The notes beneath the pieces are model-generated. The model searched no databases. It was not told the DNA's origin and saw nothing but the letters and a program-made list of their open reading frames with translations. A DNA stretch of 32,000 nt from Methanococcus maripaludis (GTDB lineage: Archaea > AGJL01 > Methanococci > Methanococcales > Methanococcaceae). A program made the translations under genes and the position numbers. The stretch is taken from assembly GCF_002945325.1 (NCBI RefSeq), contig NZ_CP026606.1, forward strand, positions 90,001-122,000. Direction: 5' to 3'. Positions 21,430 through 29,159 of this stretch are shown one piece after another (within the stretch, counting starts at the first letter, position 1; every line of letters starts with the position of its first letter).

Positions 21430-22227
21430 ATGGAATCGAAAAATTTTTGGGATACCTTTTCAAAAAATTACGCTAAAAATGTATTAAATAAAAAAAATAG
21501 ATGGGTCGAAAATAATATTGAATATCTTAAAAATGAGTTTAAAATCGATAAAAACACATCCATATTAGAAATTGGACCAGGACCTGGAACTTACACAATA
21601 CCCCTTGCAAAGGAAGTTAATGAAATTACTGTTGTAGAACAGTCTACCGGAATGATTGATATTTTAAAAAATAGAATGAAAGAAGAAGAAATTGACAACA
21701 TAAATATAATAAACAAAAGATGGGACGATTTTAAATTAGATGCAGGTAGTAATCACGATATTGTATTTTCATCGTACTCGCTCGGCGTAGATGATATGGA
21801 AAGTGCCCTTAAAAAAATGAATAATTATGCAGAAAAATACTGCTGTATCTTAACATTTGGGACTCGCCAAGCTTGGAGGCCAATATATAATAAAATTGGT
21901 GAATCCATTTTAGAACATGACCCCAAAAGAAAAGAATATGGAATGACATACATTTTAATTTATAACATATTATATCAGCTTGGAATATATGCTGATGTTA
22001 AAATAAGTGAAAAACCATTTTTACAAACATTTGAAAATCTGGACGAAGCTGCTGAACATTATTTGGATAGATTTAGAGCCCGTGGAGACATAAAATTAAA
22101 TAATGAACAATATTCAAAAATAAAAGAAATATTGTCAAATGAATTAACTAAAACAGGCGATTCTTGGAAATTTGAAAAAAATTCAAAAGAAGCCCTGATT
22201 TGGTGGAAAAAAGAACAAAATATTTGA
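21430..22227 (+). CDS. Class I SAM-dependent methyltransferase
   Basis: Motif I TSILEIGPGPGTYTIPLAKEVNEITVVEQS. The frame is open upstream to 21358 and may really start earlier (see findings). Confidence 0.88.
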   Translation: MESKNFWDTFSKNYAKNVLNKKNRWVENNIEYLKNEFKIDKNTSILEIGPGPGTYTIPLAKEVNEITVVEQSTGMIDILKNRMKEEEIDNINIINKRWDDFKLDAGSNHDIVFSSYSLGVDDMESALKKMNNYAEKYCCILTFGTRQAWRPIYNKIGESILEHDPKRKEYGMTYILIYNILYQLGIYADVKISEKPFLQTFENLDEAAEHYLDRFRARGDIKLNNEQYSKIKEILSNELTKTGDSWKFEKNSKEALIWWKKEQNI

Positions 22228-22240
22228 AATATTTAAATAA

Positions 22241-23956
22241 TTAACTTTTTTGAATTTTTAATTTTTTTAAATGTTTTATAAGTTTTTTTAACTCTAAAAC
22301 TTCCTTGATATTCCCGTCTGACCTAAATATCTTAACCATTGATTTAACCTGAGCAACTGCTTCATCATATCGTTTTAATGCAGCATACATTGCGGCTAAA
22401 TTATATATTGCAGCCCAATAATCAGGATCAATTTCAATTGCTTTTTTGTAGTGTTCTTCTGCTTCATCATATTTTTCAGATTTTGCTAAAAAAGTTGCAA
22501 GATTATTATGGGCTTTTGAATTTGAACCATCTAAAGCGATTGCTTTTTTAAATTCAATTTCTGCTTCACCATATTTTTCAAGGTATTCCAAAAGACACCC
22601 GTAATGATTGTGTGCTTCTGAGTGACCCGGATTTAAGGCAATTGCTTTTTTATATTCTGTTTTGGCAGCCTCAAAATCACCAGATTCATAGAGTGTATTT
22701 GCAAAACTTAATATTTCAAGAAATTCTTTATTGTCTATCTCGTAAGTGTATTCTTCAACTAATTCACTTTCTAATTCCGATTTATCAAGTAATTCATCAA
22801 GGGTTTCTAATTTTTCTTCAATTAATCCTTCTGAATTTTCTAACTCATTTTCAATATCTTCTTCAATAGCATCTAAAATTTCAACATCTTCAACTAATTC
22901 TTCAGGTACTTCAAAAACTGATTCCAAGTTTTCCTCGATTTCTGGCTGTTCAGTTTCTTTTTCGAGTTCGAAAATGCTTTCTTCTTCAAATTCAGGTTCT
23001 ACAATAGAAACTTCTAAATTTTCGTCACTAATTTCATTTTTTTCTTCAGGATCCGTTACTTCGAAAGTTTCACATTTGATATCTTCTTTAATATCTTCTT
23101 CAAAATTTTCGTTTAATTCGTCTTCAGGCTGTGTTTCTGAGTTATCCTCTGATTCATCAATTTCAGGCAGTTTATCATCTATTTTTTCAGTTACTTCATC
23201 TTCACTTTCTGTTTCTTCAAAATTTTCCCCAATTTCACCTTCCAAGATGAGGTCTTCAAGCTCTTCAGGTTCAAGTTCGGAATATTTTTGGGGTTCTTCT
23301 GATTCTTCTTGAACAGTTTTTGAAAAAATATCTGGTACCAGTTCATCGATCTTTACATCTTTGTACAACACAGGTTTTTTGGTTTCTTCACCCATATCAA
23401 ACAAATTCATGTTTGAAAGCGAATTAAAGTTATGCAGTGCATCTACAAAATCAGGTATTATTTTCACTGCTTTTTTGTAACATCTTATTGCTTCGGCGTA
23501 TTTTCCGAAATTAAAGTATATGTTTCCCATATTAAATGAAATTTGTGATTCTACAAAATCAGTTCCCTTTTTTTCCATTTTTTTAAGTTTTTCGACTTCG
23601 TCGTTCACTTTTTTTGAAAGGCTGTAGTTATCTTCAAATTCAGGCTGGTGGATTGAAATTTGCTTTTTTAATTCAGGGTCGTCTAATTTTAAAGAAATTA
23701 TATATTTGTCCGAATTGTATGCAGTTTTCGCTTCATCTAACATGTTTTCGTTAGAATACATTGAACTAAACAAAAATATAACATACTTACTCGTTTTCAT
23801 TGCTAAATTGAGCCTTGAAAGTGTGTTTTCACGATTATCTAAATTTATTAAAAAACACTCCCTTTCAAACCCTCTTTCAAGCGTTTTTTTAATCTGTTTT
23901 GAATATTCAATCCCGCTTGTATCATAGAAAACTACTGCGTTGTTGTAATCTGCCAT
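22241..23956 (-). CDS. TIR-like (divergent) - acidic linker - TPR protein
   Basis: N-terminal about 95 aa with alternating beta/alpha pattern (AVVFYDTSGIEYSKQIKKTLERG...ECFLINLD...KYVIFLFSSMYSNENMLDEAKTAY...YIISLKLDD), a TPR unit, about 220 aa of Glu/Asp-rich linker, then about four TPR units. GAGGGAT precedes the ATG. Confidence 0.82.
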   Translation of the reverse strand: MADYNNAVVFYDTSGIEYSKQIKKTLERGFERECFLINLDNRENTLSRLNLAMKTSKYVIFLFSSMYSNENMLDEAKTAYNSDKYIISLKLDDPELKKQISIHQPEFEDNYSLSKKVNDEVEKLKKMEKKGTDFVESQISFNMGNIYFNFGKYAEAIRCYKKAVKIIPDFVDALHNFNSLSNMNLFDMGEETKKPVLYKDVKIDELVPDIFSKTVQEESEEPQKYSELEPEELEDLILEGEIGENFEETESEDEVTEKIDDKLPEIDESEDNSETQPEDELNENFEEDIKEDIKCETFEVTDPEEKNEISDENLEVSIVEPEFEEESIFELEKETEQPEIEENLESVFEVPEELVEDVEILDAIEEDIENELENSEGLIEEKLETLDELLDKSELESELVEEYTYEIDNKEFLEILSFANTLYESGDFEAAKTEYKKAIALNPGHSEAHNHYGCLLEYLEKYGEAEIEFKKAIALDGSNSKAHNNLATFLAKSEKYDEAEEHYKKAIEIDPDYWAAIYNLAAMYAALKRYDEAVAQVKSMVKIFRSDGNIKEVLELKKLIKHLKKLKIQKS

Positions 23957-24045
23957 AAAAATCCCTCGATGATAACAATTAAAATAAAATTAAACTTTAA
24001 ATAATTTAAAACTTTCTCTAAATATTTTAAAAAAAGAAAAAAGAA

Positions 24046-24960
24046 CTAATACGTAAAAGTTTCGATTTCTTTAAATGATGCACCGATTCTTGCACCAAGT
24101 TCCTTTGAAAGTTCGACATCATCAGTAGTGCATATGATAAATCCTTCGTTTGATTTTACTCGCTTTATTGTGCCCTGTTCTTGCACAAGTTCACATCTTA
24201 AATTTAAAATTCCTTCTTCAGTATCGTAAATTGCAAAAGCTCCAAAAGGTGCCTGACATCCACCACCATATTCTTTTAAAGCCCATCTTTCAGCAGTAGC
24301 TTCAATATATGTCTTTTTATCACATATCTTTTCTAAAATTTCGTTTATTTTCATATCGGATTTTCTTGAAGCAACACCAATTACTCCTTGAGCTGGTGCA
24401 GGAAGTATATCAAGCTTTTTGTAATTAAATTCGGATAAATCAATGCCCTGCCTTATGAGTCCCGCTTTTGCCATTACAATAGTATCGTATTCTCCATTTC
24501 TTAATTTATTAATTCTTGTTGCAACATTACCCCTGAGTAGTTTTGGAGTGAGATTTGGGTTGGTGAACTGTAAAAATGAGGTTCTTCTAATGCTTGAAGT
24601 TCCTACATTTAATTCATCATGTTCAATATCAAAATCGCAGTCTTTTCTCCAGATTATGATGTCATCAGGACTTTCTCGCTTAGGTGTTGCAGTAATTTGT
24701 AATTCATCACTCCAGAGGGTTGGAACGTCCTTTAAACTGTGGACTGCAATATCAATTTCATTTTCAAGCATTTTATTATCGAGTTCTTTTGTAAAAACAC
24801 CGATTCCAAGATCAGCAAGTTTTTTGTTCTGATCTTTGTCGCCAGTAGTTTTAACTATCATTATTTCAGTTTCAATACCTAAATCATTTAAAAGACCTGC
24901 AATATATTCAGTCTGGACCATTGCAAGCGTGCTTCCCCTTGTTCCTATTCTTAACTTCAA
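24046..24960 (-). CDS. hemC: Porphobilinogen deaminase (hydroxymethylbilane synthase)
   Basis: LRIGTRGSTLAMVQTEYI, TTGDKNQ-like region, RRTSFLQFTNPNL, RGNVATRINKLRNGEYDTIVMAKAGLIR, AAERWALKEYGGGCQAPFGA. Confidence 0.97.
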   Translation of the reverse strand: MKLRIGTRGSTLAMVQTEYIAGLLNDLGIETEIMIVKTTGDKDQNKKLADLGIGVFTKELDNKMLENEIDIAVHSLKDVPTLWSDELQITATPKRESPDDIIIWRKDCDFDIEHDELNVGTSSIRRTSFLQFTNPNLTPKLLRGNVATRINKLRNGEYDTIVMAKAGLIRQGIDLSEFNYKKLDILPAPAQGVIGVASRKSDMKINEILEKICDKKTYIEATAERWALKEYGGGCQAPFGAFAIYDTEEGILNLRCELVQEQGTIKRVKSNEGFIICTTDDVELSKELGARIGASFKEIETFTY

Positions 24961-25082
24961 AATTTCACCGCTAAATAACTAAAATATGAAAAATATTAAA
25001 ATCGAATAATTTGAATATCAAGTCTGTTATTATTTTTAAATATATTATTCTTATTACTTTTGATTTAACTAATTTTTTAAGG

Positions 25083-26276
25083 TTATTCCCCTCTCAAAGT
25101 ATCAACAGGGTTTAATTTTGCACCGCTTCTTGCAGGGAAGTAGCCGCTTAATATTCCAACTACAAATGAAAATACTAAAACTCCGACAATTAATTCCCAT
25201 GAAATCCATGCTCTAATCAATCCATATCCTGAAATTGCTGCAATATACTCGATAGCTTTTGCAATAAGTATTCCAAGTATCGTTCCAATAATTCCGCCGA
25301 ATAATCCTAAAAATCCAGCTTCAACCACAAATATTGAAAGAATTGTATTGTTTTCTGCACCGAGTGCTTTTAAAATTCCAATATCCTTTCTCCGTTCTAA
25401 AATACTCATGTGCATTGTGTTTGAAATTCCAACAGCCCCAACAAGAAGAGAAATTCCTGCAACACCGACTAAAAATATTGTTAAAACTTCAAATATGCTG
25501 TTAATGGATTCTGCAAGCTGTTCTGCAGTTAAAACCGAGAAATTTTCATCCCCTCTTGAATCTTCAAGTTCGTCTTCAATATCTTCTGAAACTTTGTTTA
25601 CATCTTCGCCAGATCGGACTGAAACAATCATCATGTTGTATTCGTCATTGATTTCAAAAAGTTCTTCACCAACGTCTTTTGATAGAATAACTGAATCTTC
25701 AGTTCTCGGATTTCCCGTTTCTTCGAGTATCCCGATAACTTTGTATTTTTTATCATTTATGGTTATTTTATCCCCAATATCAATTTCACGATCAAATGAA
25801 TTAGTTGCAAGTGCATATCCAATCATACACGAGTACTTATCATTATCCTCAATCCATCGACCTTTGTAGGGTTCGTAACCCCATGTTTTTGAGTATACGT
25901 GAGTAAATTTTGAAGGCTCGATTACTAAAACATTGCCGTAATGAGTTTGATCTCGATATTCAAGCCCATAACTTCCAAACCATGCGGCAACAACTTCTTC
26001 AACGCCCCTAACATTTCTTACAGCGCTAACGTCGTTGTCATTAAAATTTTTAGAAACAGCAGGGCCTCCAAAATTTTGTGAAGGCAGAATTGAGATAACG
26101 TTTGCACCTATCGTTGTAATTTCACCGGTTATGTAATTTTGAACCCCAAACCCGAGAGAAATTAAACTAACTATTGCTAAAATACCAATAACAACACCGA
26201 TTATAGTTAAAAAACTCTGCGTCTTTTTTTGAGTTATGTTTCTCCCTGCAAAACTTACAACGTCAGTTAGCCTCAT
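25083..26276 (-). CDS. MacB/FtsX-type ABC transporter permease
   Basis: NITQKKTQSFLTIIGVVIGILAIVSLISLGFG N-terminus, a MacB-like periplasmic domain, and C-terminal GISNTMHMSILERRKDIGILKALGA. Confidence 0.92.
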   Translation of the reverse strand: MRLTDVVSFAGRNITQKKTQSFLTIIGVVIGILAIVSLISLGFGVQNYITGEITTIGANVISILPSQNFGGPAVSKNFNDNDVSAVRNVRGVEEVVAAWFGSYGLEYRDQTHYGNVLVIEPSKFTHVYSKTWGYEPYKGRWIEDNDKYSCMIGYALATNSFDREIDIGDKITINDKKYKVIGILEETGNPRTEDSVILSKDVGEELFEINDEYNMMIVSVRSGEDVNKVSEDIEDELEDSRGDENFSVLTAEQLAESINSIFEVLTIFLVGVAGISLLVGAVGISNTMHMSILERRKDIGILKALGAENNTILSIFVVEAGFLGLFGGIIGTILGILIAKAIEYIAAISGYGLIRAWISWELIVGVLVFSFVVGILSGYFPARSGAKLNPVDTLRGE

Positions 26277-26316
26277 AAAAAATCTCCCGACTTAAAAAAT
26301 TAAACTTAAGGAAATA

Positions 26317-27270
26317 TTATTTATTTACAACATTTATAGGATTTCCATCGATAAAAGACTTCACGTTATTTATCGTTACAGCCATTAGTCTTTTTCTCGC
26401 TTCATAGGATGCCCATGCAACGTGCGGTGTTATATATGTATTTTTAGCGTTAAGTAGTGGATTATCTTTTTTTGGAGGTTCTGTTGAAAGAACATCGAGC
26501 CCTGCTCCTGCAATTTTTCCCAAATTTAATGCATCTGCAAGATCTTTTTCATTGATAAGCCCGCCTCTTCCAGTATTTATTAAAATTGCAGAATTTTTCA
26601 TTAAATTTAATGTTTTTTCATTTGCAATTTTATCTGTTTCGTCATTTAATGGACAGTGCAGTGTTAAAAAGTCAGAATTTTTAAAAATTTCTTCTTTGGA
26701 TACAAAATTAACATCCAGCTTTGTTTTTGAAACATTTCTCGTGTTTACAAGCACATTCATTCCAAAAGCATTTCCAATTTCTGCAACTTTTTTTCCAATT
26801 GCTCCAAATCCAATTATTCCAAGATTTTTACCTGCAAGTTCAATAATTGGGAATTTTTGATATGAAAAATCTTTTGAATTTACCCAATCTCCAGATTTTA
26901 CGCTTTTTGCATATTTAGACACATTCTGGCTGTGTTCAAGGATAAATGAAAATACAAGTTGAGCCACTGAGTCGGTTGAATATGCTGGAACATTTGTTAC
27001 AATTACCCCGAGTTCTTTGGCCAAATTAGTATCTACGACATTATAGCCTGTTGCAGTAACTCCAACATATTTTATGTTTTTACATTTTTCAAAAACTTCT
27101 TTTCCAATTACCACTTTATTCGTAATTACAATTTCTGAATCTGAAATCCTTTCAACTACTTTTGATTCAGGAGTTCTATCATAAATGGAAAGTTCACCGA
27201 GTTTTTTTAGATCTTCCCACGATAAATCTCCCGAATTCATGGCGTATCCATCAAGTACAACTATTTTCAT
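26317..27270 (-). CDS. D-2-hydroxyacid dehydrogenase (glycerate/hydroxypyruvate reductase-like)
   Basis: GKNLGIIGFGAIGKKVAEIGNAFGM Rossmann motif, LTLHCPLNDETDKIA, LINTGRGGLINEKDL, TPHVAWAS. Confidence 0.92.
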   Translation of the reverse strand: MKIVVLDGYAMNSGDLSWEDLKKLGELSIYDRTPESKVVERISDSEIVITNKVVIGKEVFEKCKNIKYVGVTATGYNVVDTNLAKELGVIVTNVPAYSTDSVAQLVFSFILEHSQNVSKYAKSVKSGDWVNSKDFSYQKFPIIELAGKNLGIIGFGAIGKKVAEIGNAFGMNVLVNTRNVSKTKLDVNFVSKEEIFKNSDFLTLHCPLNDETDKIANEKTLNLMKNSAILINTGRGGLINEKDLADALNLGKIAGAGLDVLSTEPPKKDNPLLNAKNTYITPHVAWASYEARKRLMAVTINNVKSFIDGNPINVVNK

Positions 27271-27301
27271 AAAATATCACATTTTTTAGGGCTATTTTAA
27301 A

Positions 27302-27739
27302 TTATTCTCCAATATCTTCATTCCATAATTTTGGATTATTTCCTATAAATTCTTCCATCATTTTTACGCATCTTTCATCATTTAAAACTTCGACAGCAAC
27401 CCCATTATTCATTAAAAGATCTTCTGCACCCAAAAAAGTTTTATTTTCCCCAATTACCACTTTCTTAATTTTATAAAGTAAAACTGCACCACTGCACATG
27501 ATGCATGGAGAAAGGGTTGTGTAAAGTTCGCAATTTTTATAAATGTTTGACGTTAACCTTCCTGCATTTTCAAGCGCATCCATTTCCGCATGCAAAATCG
27601 AACTGTTATTTTGAACTCTCCTGTTATGCCCTCGACCGATAATCTTATTTTCATAAACTAAAACTGCGCCGATCGGAATTCCGCCTTCTTTAAGTCCTAA
27701 GTTAGCTTCTTTTATTGCTTCATCCATAAAATCAGTCAA
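27302..27739 (-). CDS. Cytidine/deoxycytidylate deaminase family, cytosine deaminase (FCY1)-like
   Basis: HAEMDAL and PCIMCSGAVL zinc motifs. The C-terminal VVIGENKTFLGAEDLL...NDERCVKMMEEFIGNNPKLWNEDIGE closely resembles fungal-type cytosine deaminase by recall. Confidence 0.85.
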   Translation of the reverse strand: MTDFMDEAIKEANLGLKEGGIPIGAVLVYENKIIGRGHNRRVQNNSSILHAEMDALENAGRLTSNIYKNCELYTTLSPCIMCSGAVLLYKIKKVVIGENKTFLGAEDLLMNNGVAVEVLNDERCVKMMEEFIGNNPKLWNEDIGE

Positions 27740-27864
27740 TTTTCCACCATTAATTCTAGATAATTAAATAAATTCGTTTAAGTTAATTAAATTCTTTTAA
27801 AAACTATATATATATAATTTCTGAAAAGAATAAATTTAAAAAAAGAAAAATTATGTTTAAGTAG

Positions 27865-29145
27865 TTATTCAACTAAGACTGGACCGTTTTCTGTCCCTTC
27901 GATCACAATTGGCCCTTCAGGTAATTTATCCAAAGTTTTAAAGTATTCCATTGCAGCAAGCGTTCCTAACCTGTCAGAACCTGCAATATATACAATAGTG
28001 TAGCTTTGAATTATGCTTCCAGAATTATCCTGAACTGTCATAACCTGAATAACTCCCCTATTTTCTCCAGGAACATCGTTTGAAATTGGAATTTCAAACT
28101 GGTCGTTATATTTTTTAGCGAGTTTGTTTACGGTTGGTCCGCCCACAATTATCATGTTTCCAGAGTATGCATAGTTATCGTTATATGCATGTACTCTTTC
28201 CCTCAACTGTTTTGCGTAAGTTTCATCGATATCGTTTCCGTAGATAACTGTTGCGCTTGAAACGAAACTTTTAATTAATCTTGACTGAATGCCATCAGAA
28301 ACATCTGAATCGTAGCTACTTCCACCGCCTCTTGATGAACTTGATGGGGTGGTTGTTGTCGTTACTGGTGCATCAGTAATTACGTAGTTTTCAAATCTGC
28401 TGTCTAATGCAAAAATATCTGCAATTAATGCAGGTATTTGGCCGATTTCTTCATCATATACTTCAGGATACAAAATTTGAAGAACTTCGTAGTTTTCAGG
28501 TGTTTCGATTAATGGATAAGGGTCGTATACCCTAAATTCTTCGAATTCACCATATATTTCATAAACTCCAGAGTAAACTCCTTCATCTTCAGTTTCGTCT
28601 CCAACATACCCTTCGTAGTAGTTTCCAAGCCGGTATGTGTATTCAGTTCCGTTGTACTTGTAAACTAATTTTGGCGATGTTAATGGGGAATTTGACCTAA
28701 CATACTGGTTTTCATGAATTGTATTTAAATAAAAATACTGTTCGACTGCATTTGAACCTATAACAAATACGTTATCTTCAAATTCACAATTCATTATTGT
28801 TATATTTTTTACAGACCCGCGGGTCAAATCTGCCCCAGCAAACCAGTTTGAAATTACAAAATTTTTAATTGTGATATTTTCAATTATTCCATCACTGGAA
28901 ACTTGTATTCCACAGTAAAAATCTTCAGAAGAAGTATTTCCAATTAACTGGTGGTTTTGCCCATCTAAAACTACATTGCTTGCATTAATTAATATACCGC
29001 TTTGATTAACTAATGCTAAAATGTCTTCTGATAGAACGTACGTTCCGGATTCATTTATTGTCATGTTGGCATCAGGCATATCAATTGCATTTACTGAAAC
29101 AAGCATGCTCAATGCAATTATTGCTAAAATCAAGAATTTTTTCAT
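27865..29145 (-). CDS. Secreted NosD-like beta-helix protein with S-layer-type C-terminal module
   Basis: Signal peptide, NASNVVLDGQNHQLIG, RLGNYYEGYVGDE module, TTTTTPSSSSRGGGSS linker, and C-terminal MIIVGGPTVNKLAKKY...TIVYIAGSDRLGTLAAMEYFKTL. Confidence 0.85.
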   Translation of the reverse strand: MKKFLILAIIALSMLVSVNAIDMPDANMTINESGTYVLSEDILALVNQSGILINASNVVLDGQNHQLIGNTSSEDFYCGIQVSSDGIIENITIKNFVISNWFAGADLTRGSVKNITIMNCEFEDNVFVIGSNAVEQYFYLNTIHENQYVRSNSPLTSPKLVYKYNGTEYTYRLGNYYEGYVGDETEDEGVYSGVYEIYGEFEEFRVYDPYPLIETPENYEVLQILYPEVYDEEIGQIPALIADIFALDSRFENYVITDAPVTTTTTPSSSSRGGGSSYDSDVSDGIQSRLIKSFVSSATVIYGNDIDETYAKQLRERVHAYNDNYAYSGNMIIVGGPTVNKLAKKYNDQFEIPISNDVPGENRGVIQVMTVQDNSGSIIQSYTIVYIAGSDRLGTLAAMEYFKTLDKLPEGPIVIEGTENGPVLVE

Positions 29146-29159
29146 TTTTTACCACCCCG

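Noticed and set aside
22612-23312. Plus-strand ORFs (22612-22869, 22746-23312) opposite the acidic linker, rich in Ser/Leu.
   Set aside because: The sense strand encodes long runs of GAA/GAT codons, whose complement gives TTC/TCA and few stops. They are composition artefacts.
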